A DNA stretch of 64,000 nt from Methylococcales bacterium (lineage in GTDB: Bacteria; Pseudomonadota; Gammaproteobacteria; Methylococcales; UBA1147), in contig JBGTCG010000076.1 of assembly GCA_041748915.1 (NCBI GenBank), forward strand, positions 205 to 64,204. The letters are read 5' to 3'. Shown in pieces: positions 18,210-26,727 of the stretch. The translations under genes were made by a program, and so were the position numbers. Below the pieces are notes generated by a model. The model searched no databases. It was not told where the DNA came from and worked only from the letters and a program-made list of their open reading frames with translations. Each line of letters starts with the position of its first letter. The stretch's first letter is position 1.

Positions 18210-19541
18210 TCACCGCAGTGCCTTTCCCGCCGGCCGGAACCGGCCGCGCCGCCTGGACCTGCGGCCGGAACCACGCAGCATTTTTTTTTGTTCCGGTTCG
18301 TCCACGCGCTGAAAATTGTCCCACCACTCCGCGATCGAGGGATCGATATCGCCGGTCGCCGCGCGCAAGGTCATAAAGTCAAAGGCGGCCCTGAAACGAG
18401 GGTGCGCCAGCAATTTGAAAGGACGATCGCCGGAACGGTTTTTAAAACGCGGTTGCAAACACCAAACTTCGCGTGCAGGCATGGCAATTCTGCGCGGCAA
18501 GGCCGTTGTGCTCGACTGCAGCCGGATCACTTCGCCGGCCGCCTGCTGAATCGCCATGAATTCGTTCTGGCCGTTCTGGATCTGGGTCTCCATACGAGCG
18601 CGAACCGGCTCCCATAAAAATGCGGCGAACAAAAAATAGCCGGTAACCGGTTTATCCTGACCGATACGAATATCGGTATTCTCGAGCGCCTTGGCAAGAA
18701 ATACCGGCGGAAAGCCGTCTTTTTCATGCGCGAGACACTTTTCGGTTTCCGGAAACAACATCTCGAACAGGTCGTAGTGCCTGAGGAGTTCAAAAGTCTG
18801 GACCGCATAACCGGACAAAAACAGCTTCAGCGTTTCATCAAAAAGCCGCGGGGGCGGTATTTCTCTGAGCAGGCCAGACAGTTTCTTGATCGGCTGCTCG
18901 CAGCTCGGATGAATCGCAAAGCCCAGCTTGGTCGAGAATCGAATCGCACGGAGCATCCGCACCGGATCTTCGCGATAGCGTTCCTCGGGATCACCGATCA
19001 GACGTAACACGGCATTTTCATGGTCTTTCATACCGCCGACAAAATCCACTACGGAATAGTCGCTGGCGTTGTAATACAAGGCATTGACGCTGAAATCCCG
19101 GCGCCATACGTCTTCCTCAAGAGTGCCGTATACATTGTCCCGCAACAGCCGGCCGTTCTCCATGACCCGGTCCCCATTCGAATCGGCGCCGCGGAAAGTC
19201 GCGACTTCGATAATACTCCGGCCGAAAAAGATATGCGCGAGACGAAAACGCCGGCCGATCAGCCTGCAGTTCCTGAATATCGACTTGATCTGTTCCGGCC
19301 TGGCATCGGTCACTACATCGAAGTCCTTCGGTTCCCGGCCCAGTAAAAGATCGCGGACACAACCGCCGACCAGGTAAGCCTGAAAACCGGCCTGCATTAG
19401 GCGGCTAAGCACCGTGAGTGCTTCATCGCTGATCTGGGAACGGGAAATGGAATGTTCGGAACTGGGATAGATCTTATGGACTGGGCCGGATTCTATTCCT
19501 TTCAGACGGTCGGATAGATTTTTTATAAACTTGAATATAAT
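18210..19541 (-). CDS. pcnB: Poly(A) polymerase I, probable AUU start
   Basis: ORF 18210-19412 starts inside the conserved region (..LVGGCVRDLLLG..). Upstream in frame and stop-free: IIFKFIKNLSDRLKGIESGPVHKIYPSSEHSISRSQISDEALTVLSRL, matching the PcnB N-terminal region. The only ATG/GTG/TTG between the in-frame TAA (19547-19545) and that region is a GTG (19427) lying inside it. ATT is at 19541-19539. Confidence 0.85.
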   Translation of the reverse strand: MIFKFIKNLSDRLKGIESGPVHKIYPSSEHSISRSQISDEALTVLSRLMQAGFQAYLVGGCVRDLLLGREPKDFDVVTDARPEQIKSIFRNCRLIGRRFRLAHIFFGRSIIEVATFRGADSNGDRVMENGRLLRDNVYGTLEEDVWRRDFSVNALYYNASDYSVVDFVGGMKDHENAVLRLIGDPEERYREDPVRMLRAIRFSTKLGFAIHPSCEQPIKKLSGLLREIPPPRLFDETLKLFLSGYAVQTFELLRHYDLFEMLFPETEKCLAHEKDGFPPVFLAKALENTDIRIGQDKPVTGYFLFAAFLWEPVRARMETQIQNGQNEFMAIQQAAGEVIRLQSSTTALPRRIAMPAREVWCLQPRFKNRSGDRPFKLLAHPRFRAAFDFMTLRAATGDIDPSIAEWWDNFQRVDEPEQKKMLRGSGRRSRRRGRFRPAGKALR

Positions 19542-19825
19542 TGTTTATCCCAAAGTTTGAAAAGACGGGTATCTTATCATCGTGCATTCAGGGGACTCAA
19601 TTCCATTCTACCCCGAAAGATTGTTTTTTCCATTACCCGGCTGTAGTAGAATTCCGTCGCGCCGCCGGAATGCCGCGGTCACCAGCAGCGCATTGCCGGT
19701 TTTTCAGGATCGCTCGTCCGGTCATCCGGGGTTGCCTGCACCGGGAATGTACCGATGAGTCTTGAATTACGCACTGAGTTTAGTCCATTTGTCGATCTCT
19801 GATCGAATAAGAGGCGTCAAGAAAA

Positions 19826-20020
19826 ATGAATTTCAAACAAATTCTCGACCAGTTCAGTTCAACACCGCTGCTGACCAGTTTGTTTATCGTTGATTTCGCC
19901 ATTTTGATGTTCCATAAACCTCCGGCATTTTTTTCTCTTCTGATGCTCGGGGGATTGGTCGCGCTGTCGATGTATTTTGGGCAGAAACTCGGGCTTTACT
20001 CGATTGATAAACAGTATTAA
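19826..20020 (+). CDS. Small hypothetical membrane protein (64 aa, two hydrophobic segments)
   Basis: ORF with an aagagg-type RBS region upstream. No family recognised. Confidence 0.4.
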   Translation: MNFKQILDQFSSTPLLTSLFIVDFAILMFHKPPAFFSLLMLGGLVALSMYFGQKLGLYSIDKQY

Positions 20021-20094
20021 CGATTCCGAGATTTTGGTTTTTCATCTATTCGTGATAGTTCACGTTACGCCGGTTTCTACTGCCATTTATCCGC

Positions 20095-20565
20095 TTGAAC
20101 GCCGATAAATTGGTAAGAATCGAGCCGCCTGTTCGCGTTGCCGATAATCGCGGCTATCCGGGACTGCTCCGGCGGCTGGGAGCCATCCTATACGACGCCT
20201 TGGTATTGAGTGGCGTATGGTTTGCCGCCACCGCGTGCATCCTGCCCTTGAACGGAGGTGAAGCGATCGCGCCTGGACAATGGCAGTTTCCCGCCTATAT
20301 CGTGCTTGTCAGTTATGTGTTTTTCGGGTGGTTCTGGACTCATGGCGGCCAGACAATCGGCATGCGCGCGTGGAAAATTCGGGTTGTCAGCCATTCCGGA
20401 GGATCGATGACCTGGTTCCAGGCCCTGCTTCGCTTTTGCTGCGCTATCCTGTCCTGGAGCGCCGCCGGAATCGGATATTGGTGGATCGCATTCAGCAAGG
20501 ATAATAACGGATGGCATGACCTGTTGTCGCGCAGCCGGATTATCTGGATGGACTCATCCATTTAA
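20095..20565 (+). CDS. RDD-family membrane protein
   Basis: RRLGAILYDALVL.., GQTIGMRAWKIRV and WHDLLSRSR motifs typical of the RDD domain. TTG start as listed in the ORF track. Confidence 0.75.
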   Translation: MNADKLVRIEPPVRVADNRGYPGLLRRLGAILYDALVLSGVWFAATACILPLNGGEAIAPGQWQFPAYIVLVSYVFFGWFWTHGGQTIGMRAWKIRVVSHSGGSMTWFQALLRFCCAILSWSAAGIGYWWIAFSKDNNGWHDLLSRSRIIWMDSSI

Positions 20566-20873
20566 GGAAACACTGAATAAATCCATTCTTCGATTTCTGC
20601 GCTGTCCGCAACACTAAATCCGATTCGGTGTTGCGGCACCTCCAGTCGCTCGGCAGCGCAATCAACAAGCTTATCCGAGACAATCGTTGCTTCCTGATCA
20701 ACCATAGAAGTGTCCGTCTGCGGCTTCCGATTGAATTCAATTAACGTGTCGCGTAAAGAATTGCCACTGAAAACTAACTTGTAATACCGGCCGGATTCTC
20801 ATTCTGGACAGATATCCGCGAGCCGCGCTAGACTATGCTGATCCGGAAACACCCATCCATGGGATGTTTCCTC

Positions 20874-20908
20874 TACGGAATCGGAAAATATAGTTTTCCG
20901 ATTCCGTA
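20874..20908. repeat. Perfect 15-bp inverted repeat tacggaatcggaaaa-tatag-ttttccgattccgta
   Basis: Read directly from the sequence. Sits 2 nt upstream of leader element copy A. Confidence 0.9.
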
Positions 20909-20910
20909 CA

Positions 20911-20990
20911 TTTTCAATAGCGAAAGCCATTGAAAATGCCGGCTCGTCGTGAGCCGGACCAGTTTTCGTTCGTTTCCGAACGGAAACTGG
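20911..20990 (+). promoter_or_regulatory. Three-hairpin leader element, family 2, copy A (35 nt before the ATG at 21026)
   Basis: tttcaat-N10-attgaaa; ccggctc-gtcgt-gagccgg; ccagttttcgttcg-tttc-cgaacggaaactgg. About 80% identical by eye to 38061-38139. Confidence 0.6.
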
Positions 20991-21025
20991 ACGCTGCAAT
21001 ATCGACTCGGGCGAGAAATCGAAAT

Positions 21026-21214
21026 ATGACCGTGTTAAAAATCCTCATTTTTATCGCGCTGGTTTTGACAATACTCAGCATGGTCGCCGGAATCGGGGTG
21101 ATGGGTGAAGGCGGTCCGCTGGACAAGAAGTTCTCGAACCTGCTCATGAGATGGCGGGTCTGGTTGCAGGGCGTGACCGTGGTCCTGTTGCTGATTGCGA
21201 TCATTCTCCATTGA
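21026..21214 (+). CDS. Twin-transmembrane-helix small protein (HIG1-like)
   Basis: MTVLKILIFIALVLTILSMVAGIGVMG..LLMRWRVWLQGVTVVLLLIAIIL: two TM helices of the HIG1/twin-TM type. Internal ATG of ORF 20930-21214. Confidence 0.65.
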   Translation: MTVLKILIFIALVLTILSMVAGIGVMGEGGPLDKKFSNLLMRWRVWLQGVTVVLLLIAIILH

Positions 21215-22118
21215 TCGTCCGACTGGAATCCGGCTGGATTGAAAAATAACCGGCCAGAAATTCAATAAACGATTTGATTTTGATCGGAACGGTTCGCCTC
21301 GATAAATACATGGCGTAAATCGGCAGCGACGGAACCCGGTACGGACGCAGGATTTCTTTGAGCGCGCCCGAATGCAAATAGGGTGCCACTGTAATGTCAG
21401 GGGCCTGGAAGATCCCCATGCCTTTCGCCGCGGCTTGACACAGCACGCTGCCATTGTTCGAAGCAAAACACCAACGCGGCATTACGCTCCGGATGGATTT
21501 TCCGTTCTGGAAAATCCAGCTTTCACCGTGCGGATTTCCGAGGAATTGCAGGCATCGATGCACTTTTAACGCGTCGACCGAGCGTGGTTCACCGTATTGT
21601 TCGAGATAGCCCGGCGAAGCGTAGGTGCACAATTCGGTCGTTCTAATGATCTTGCCCACCAGGTCGATATCCGGTTCATCGGTAATCCGAATTGCGATAT
21701 CGTAGATACCGTCAACGAGGTCGACATGCCGGTTATCCAGGACCAGATGAATATCGACATCGGCGTAATCCTTTCGATACTGGTCTACCGCCGCGACCAT
21801 GTGCATCATCCCGAAGTCGATCGGAGCATTGATTCTCAAGAGACCTTTGGGAAGATGGTCGATTTGATTGGTCAACTCCTCCAGCTCGGTCAAATCATTC
21901 AATAGCTGCCGGCAACGCGGATAAAACTGGCGTCCGGCTTCGGTCAGGCTGACTTTTCGGGTGGTACGGTTCAACAGGCAGACTCCCAAATGCCGCTCCA
22001 GCTGAGCAATGTGTTTGCTGACCATCGGCCCCGAAAGCTTTAATCTTTCCGCGGCGGCCGCAAAGCTCCCCGATTCCGTAACCAGGCAGAAAGCGCCCAT
22101 GCTTTTTAATTTGTCCAT
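21201..22118 (-). CDS. LysR-family transcriptional regulator
   Basis: 305 aa. N-terminal HTH (FAAAAERLKLSGPMVSKHIAQLE) plus a LysR substrate-binding region. Divergent from the carbonic anhydrase gene. Confidence 0.9.
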   Translation of the reverse strand: MDKLKSMGAFCLVTESGSFAAAAERLKLSGPMVSKHIAQLERHLGVCLLNRTTRKVSLTEAGRQFYPRCRQLLNDLTELEELTNQIDHLPKGLLRINAPIDFGMMHMVAAVDQYRKDYADVDIHLVLDNRHVDLVDGIYDIAIRITDEPDIDLVGKIIRTTELCTYASPGYLEQYGEPRSVDALKVHRCLQFLGNPHGESWIFQNGKSIRSVMPRWCFASNNGSVLCQAAAKGMGIFQAPDITVAPYLHSGALKEILRPYRVPSLPIYAMYLSRRTVPIKIKSFIEFLAGYFSIQPDSSRTINGE

Positions 22119-22280
22119 CCGAATAGTAACTCTCAGTTACTAGAAAGATAATAAATAGGCTATTTATTGTAATGGAAGTACTTATTAAAATATAAGAACG
22201 GGAATCACTGTTTCGTATTGCGTTGCCTGCCGTGTAACCCGACCTCATATTTACAAACAAAACGATCAGGAGAAAAAGCG

Positions 22281-22838
22281 ATGGGTCAGATTCTGGACGA
22301 AGTGCTGAAAGCCAATCAGGCTTACGTAGCTGATTTTGGAACGAAAGGTAAATTACCGATGCCGCCGGGACGGCGTTTTGCGATCCTCACGTGCATGGAT
22401 GCGCGATTGGACCCCGCGAAATATGCCGGGCTCGCCGAAGGTGACGCACATGTCATCCGTAACGCGGGCGGCCGGGCCAGCAATGATGCTATCCGTTCGC
22501 TGATAATTTCCTACAAACTATTGGGCACGCACGAGTGGTTTGTGATTCATCACACCGATTGCGGAATGGAAACATTTACCGATGAAATCATGCGCGACCT
22601 GCTCAGCAGCAGTTTGAAAACCGCGAGCATCGATGCCAGCGGGTGGCACGATTCGGGTGAAGGCCCGGGTTCAGCGGAAGGTCAATTCATCGACTGGCTG
22701 ACCATTAAAGATCAGGCGACCAGCATCCGCGAAGATGTCAACCGGATCAAGTCCCATCCCCTGGTTCCGGCGGATATTCCGGTGTACGGTTATCTTTACG
22801 ACGTCAAAACCGGCACGCTGAACAATGTGCCGACCTGA
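22281..22838 (+). CDS. Beta-class carbonic anhydrase-like protein
   Basis: Zinc-ligand motifs CMDAR and HTDCG. AGGAG RBS before ATG 22281, which is internal to ORF 22218-22838. Confidence 0.8.
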   Translation: MGQILDEVLKANQAYVADFGTKGKLPMPPGRRFAILTCMDARLDPAKYAGLAEGDAHVIRNAGGRASNDAIRSLIISYKLLGTHEWFVIHHTDCGMETFTDEIMRDLLSSSLKTASIDASGWHDSGEGPGSAEGQFIDWLTIKDQATSIREDVNRIKSHPLVPADIPVYGYLYDVKTGTLNNVPT

Positions 22839-22987
22839 TGCGGGCTGAATAAAAACTGACCGAAGGCGTTCCATATTTCTTCGAAGAATCTGGAGTTTTT
22901 GCTTTGGGTAAAAATAGGGTATTCTTTATCCGTTTCATTGTTTTGTGACCAGGACAATTACTGCCAAGGCTATTCAAGTTAGGTATT

Positions 22988-23407
22988 ATGCTCCTTAAAA
23001 CTGTCATCGCGACCGCATTGTTCGCAGTCGTCGTCTTGCCGCAGTCCCTGGCTGCACAGACCGGTTTTACCGCGACACCGGTATTGGCCGAGTCACGAAC
23101 CATCACCGGTCAGGCGCTTCGCTACCCGGAGACGCGGTCACCGGAAGTTTCATCGGTACTGGTGGAAATTGCACCCGGCGGCGAAAGTGGCCGCCATAAA
23201 CATCCGGTTGCGCCGCAGATCTATGTGATCGAAGGTGAAGTCACGATCGAATTCGATGGTGGAAACCAGAAGAAATTTCCTGCCGGAGAAGCCTTTTTGG
23301 AAGCCGTGAATACCTGGCACAACGCGAAAAACCTCGGCAGTAAACCCGTGAAAATGCTGGTTGTGTTCTTCGGAGAAAAGGGAAAGAAGAATATGATCCG
23401 TCCGTGA
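22988..23407 (+). CDS. Secreted cupin-domain protein
   Basis: Signal peptide (..VVLPQSLAAQ) and a cupin motif (GGESGRHKHP..EGEV). Confidence 0.75.
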   Translation: MLLKTVIATALFAVVVLPQSLAAQTGFTATPVLAESRTITGQALRYPETRSPEVSSVLVEIAPGGESGRHKHPVAPQIYVIEGEVTIEFDGGNQKKFPAGEAFLEAVNTWHNAKNLGSKPVKMLVVFFGEKGKKNMIRP

Positions 23408-23474
23408 TCAGTGTTCGGCCGGAAACACGCTCCCGGGGAAGGTTCCAAGGCTTTTTAACGGGGTGCCTGCTGCG

Positions 23475-23918
23475 TCAGCGTAACTGTTTCCTCATTTCGA
23501 GCACGTTTCCGGATTTGGCCTGATGGTATTGCACGTTGTCCATCAAGGTCTTGATGAAAAACAGTCCGAGTCCGCCGCCGGTGGGATTGTCCAGATCCGG
23601 TGGCGGTACCGATTTCAGATCGAACCCTTTGCCTTTATCTTTAACCCGGATCAACAGTTCGTTTTCCTGCACATGGATTGAAATTTTGATACCGCCATTC
23701 CGGCGATGGTTTGACCCGTGCGCGATCACATTCGCCATTGCTTCGGTCAGGACCAGATTGAGATTATATCCGAGTACTTCCCGGTCCCCGCTGTAACGAT
23801 CAATTTCACGGGCTACGTCCTCGCCAATGGAGCCGACCAAGCCCAAAAACCGGGTATTGGTTGGGATCACAACATCGACTTTGACTCGTGATTGGTAATT
23901 TGAACCGGTCATGCTCAA
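23475..23918 (-). CDS. Anti-sigma factor / serine kinase of the RsbW-SpoIIAB type (HATPase_c)
   Basis: EAMANVIAHG (N-box), DKGKGFD and GGGLGLFFI (G-boxes). 147 aa. 6 nt downstream of the STAS gene. Confidence 0.8.
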   Translation of the reverse strand: MSMTGSNYQSRVKVDVVIPTNTRFLGLVGSIGEDVAREIDRYSGDREVLGYNLNLVLTEAMANVIAHGSNHRRNGGIKISIHVQENELLIRVKDKGKGFDLKSVPPPDLDNPTGGGLGLFFIKTLMDNVQYHQAKSGNVLEMRKQLR

Positions 23919-23924
23919 CCCCTC

Positions 23925-24260
23925 TCAGTCTTGCCCGAGGGCCTCCTCAAGCGTCGGATAGATTTTGAACACACGGTGGAGGCGAGTCAGTTCGAACATC
24001 GATTTTACCTGACTTTGCAGACCGGTGAGAATTAATCCCCCCTTGAGACTGGCTGCATTCTTGAATCCGGATAGCAGAACACCCAGCCCGGAGCTGTCCA
24101 CAAACCGGACCTCGCTCATTTCGATTATGATATTGACGTTGCCATTTTCGAGAAGCTTCAGCATACGATCCTTGAATTCAGGAGAATTATGCGCATCGAG
24201 GCGCTTCTCTTTGATTCGGAGAATGGTCGCGTTTTTGATCTCTTCAAGTTCTAGATTCAT
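23925..24260 (-). CDS. STAS-domain anti-sigma-factor antagonist (RsbV/SpoIIAA type)
   Basis: 111 aa. FVDSSGLGVLL with the conserved phosphorylatable Ser context. Confidence 0.85.
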   Translation of the reverse strand: MNLELEEIKNATILRIKEKRLDAHNSPEFKDRMLKLLENGNVNIIIEMSEVRFVDSSGLGVLLSGFKNAASLKGGLILTGLQSQVKSMFELTRLHRVFKIYPTLEEALGQD

Positions 24261-24487
24261 CTTAGGAAATTGAATGCGTACCGAGTTGGATAGTGGCAGG
24301 ACATGTCGCGTGTGATTGGTTGGTCAAGTCGCGCCGGCCGGTCGAGAGTGAAGGCTTCGGTCTAGCCCCGGGCATCAGACCAACCGGCATCACCCGACCA
24401 TTGTAAGAACAACCCTATCAAAAAAAAAGAATATTATCTATAGGGCCGATGCCGACTCCGGCAGGCGGCGATCCCGGCGGGATTTAT

Positions 24488-25360
24488 TCAGCATTGTCCG
24501 TGGCGATATCCAATCGGTTGCCCCATTTTCAGGATGGATTCTGCCTGCAGTCGAGACGACCACGAGATTCTATCCCGCTCGAATAACGCGATGACCGTCG
24601 AACCCATATTGAATCGTCCCATCTCCTGCCCCTGTTGCAGGATGACCGGATTGTTGCCGTAGTTCCAGGTCCGCATCGAACGTGACCTCGGCGGCGTAAC
24701 CACACCATGCCATACGGTTTCGATGCTGGAAACAAAAATTGCGCCGATCAGTACCAGCGCCATCTTCCCGAGAGGAGTTTCAAAGATTGCAACAACGCGC
24801 TCGTTTTTTGCGAACAGGTTCGGGACAACTGCCGCGGTTGCATTGTTCACGCTGAATAGCCGTCCCGGAATATGGCGCATCCCGGCCAATATACCTCGGC
24901 ACGGCATGTGCGCGCGATGGTAATCACGCGGAGACAGATAAATCGTGGCGAAACTTCCGCCGGCGAAAACGCCCGCCAGTTCCTGCTCTCCTCCCAGTAA
25001 TTCCGACAGACCAAAGCGGCGGCCTTTGGCTTGGATGATGTCGTAGCGGTCGATTGTTCCAATCTGCGAAACTGCGCCGTCCGCCGGACTGACTACGACA
25101 TTGTCATCTTGACTTACTGGCCGGACGGATTCTTTAAGCTCCCGGGTAAAAAAATGATTAAAGCTCGGGTACGCGGCGTAATCCGCTGACCCGGATTCAC
25201 CGAGATTGACGCGGTATAGCGATACCACGCTGCGGATTGCAAAGTTTTTCCACCACTTGATTTCGGAACGGGTCAGGTGATGCATGATTCTGGACAGCGC
25301 ATGCTGGGGCAATAGGTATTGCGGCAGCGAAAAACAGGCGTTTTTTATGGAATGGATCAT
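24488..25360 (-). CDS. psd: Phosphatidylserine decarboxylase proenzyme
   Basis: Psd-family sequence with the C-terminal self-cleavage site (F)NMGST. Start taken at the 31st codon (MIHSIKN..) of ORF 24488-25450. Confidence 0.9.
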   Translation of the reverse strand: MIHSIKNACFSLPQYLLPQHALSRIMHHLTRSEIKWWKNFAIRSVVSLYRVNLGESGSADYAAYPSFNHFFTRELKESVRPVSQDDNVVVSPADGAVSQIGTIDRYDIIQAKGRRFGLSELLGGEQELAGVFAGGSFATIYLSPRDYHRAHMPCRGILAGMRHIPGRLFSVNNATAAVVPNLFAKNERVVAIFETPLGKMALVLIGAIFVSSIETVWHGVVTPPRSRSMRTWNYGNNPVILQQGQEMGRFNMGSTVIALFERDRISWSSRLQAESILKMGQPIGYRHGQC

Positions 25361-25662
25361 GGTCTGTCCAAATGTTGAATGGCGCTGTTTTTCCGGAGAT
25401 CCTTTTTCCATCAAGATCCGGTCGACAATCTTTTTACGGCCAATCCGCATTTTATAAAACTGAAGGTCCAGAATCCATCGGCGTCCGAATTCGGCACCCG
25501 CAGATGCGCGGCCGAGCCGGTTAGTGCGGGCTTACCGCTGCGATCCGAATGACCGGTCCAGGGTTCCTGAAGCCGATCAAAAGAGGTCTAACGCCGGCAA
25601 AGAACTCATTCACGATTCCGCTCCACAGGCCGCCCGGCCGGCTTTTTTGCGCCGTGTTATAT

Positions 25663-25691
25663 TTGACATTTACTGGTACGGGCGTAAGAAT
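25663..25691 (+). promoter_or_regulatory. Putative sigma70 promoter for mcl-mtkAB
   Basis: TTGACA (25663-25668), 16-17 nt spacer, TAAGAA(T). About 60 nt upstream of the mcl ATG. Confidence 0.35.
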
Positions 25692-25749
25692 ATCTGCCCC
25701 ATTAAATTTGTACACAATTCTTTCAACAACTATATAACGAGTAAAAACA

Positions 25750-26697
25750 ATGAGTCACACAAGGTACGAACCCGCAACCCCGCGGGTACAGCGTAGTGAA
25801 CTTGCCGTACCCGGTTCCAATCCGGGAATGTTCGAAAAGGCACTCAAGAGCGGCGTTGATTATGTCTTTCTGGATCTGGAAGACGCGGTCGCGCCGGACG
25901 ACAAGATTCCCGCACGGAAGAACATCATCGAGGCGCTCAACGATCTGGACTGGAAGGGGCACGGGATCACCATGTCCATCCGGATCAACGGGATTGATAC
26001 CTATTATATGTACCGGGATGTTGTGGAGGTCGTCGAGCAGGCCGGGAACAATCTGGATACGATTCTGATTCCCAAAGCCGGAACCCCTGGTGATGTCTAT
26101 ATGGTAGACGCGATGTTGACCCAGATCGAAGTGGCCGTTGGCTTGAAGAAAAAGCTTGGCATCGAATGCCTGATCGAAACCGCGCTCGGCATGGCGAATG
26201 TGGAAGCGATCGCGACTTCGAGCAAACGGCTCGAAGCGTTGCATTTCGGTGTTGCCGACTATGCGGCGAGCAACCGCGCGAGAACCACCAATATCGGAGG
26301 CTTGAATCCCGATTATCCGGGTGACCAGTGGCATGCGGCATTGAGTCGCATGACCGTGGCCTGCCGGGCTTTCGGGCTCCGTCCAATTGACGGACCATTC
26401 GGCGATTTCAACGACCCGGAAGGCTACAAGCTGGCAGCCAGACGCGCGGCCGCGCTGGGGCTTGAGGGTAAATGGGCGATTCATCCTTCCCAGGTTGCTC
26501 TCGCGAATGACGTGTTCTCCCCGCCACTGGCCGAAGTCGAAAAAGCCAAACGCATTCTGGTTGCGCTGGATGAAGCGGCGAAGCAAGGTAGAGGCGCCGC
26601 GTCGCTGGACGGCCGGTTGATTGATGCGGCCTCTGCCCGCATGGCGGAAAATGTGGTGCGTGCCGCCGAGGCGATCGCTGCAAAGACGGCAAGATAA
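25750..26697 (+). CDS. mcl: L-malyl-CoA / beta-methylmalyl-CoA lyase
   Basis: RSELAVPGSNP..FLDLEDAVAPDDK..ALGMANVEAIATSSKRLEA..GVADYAAS..GKWAIHPSQ closely parallels Methylobacterium MclA as I remember it. HpcH/HpaI aldolase fold. Confidence 0.9.
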   Translation: MSHTRYEPATPRVQRSELAVPGSNPGMFEKALKSGVDYVFLDLEDAVAPDDKIPARKNIIEALNDLDWKGHGITMSIRINGIDTYYMYRDVVEVVEQAGNNLDTILIPKAGTPGDVYMVDAMLTQIEVAVGLKKKLGIECLIETALGMANVEAIATSSKRLEALHFGVADYAASNRARTTNIGGLNPDYPGDQWHAALSRMTVACRAFGLRPIDGPFGDFNDPEGYKLAARRAAALGLEGKWAIHPSQVALANDVFSPPLAEVEKAKRILVALDEAAKQGRGAASLDGRLIDAASARMAENVVRAAEAIAAKTAR

Positions 26698-26727
26698 CCA
26701 ATTAAATAAGATTAAGAGGGCAATACG

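Noticed and set aside
20563-20706. 47-codon minus-strand ORF (MVDQEATIVSDKLVDCAAERLEVPQHRIGFSVADSAEIEEWIYSVFP) convergent with and overlapping the RDD gene stop.
   Set aside because: No recognisable family and no evident RBS, and it is below the size at which composition alone is informative. It is left unannotated.
25480-25655. Possible small RNA upstream of mcl ending at ggcc-gccc-ggcc followed by T6.
   Set aside because: The stem is only 4 bp and no promoter was found upstream. I could not match the sequence to 6S, SRP or other common RNAs. The evidence is too weak for a feature call.
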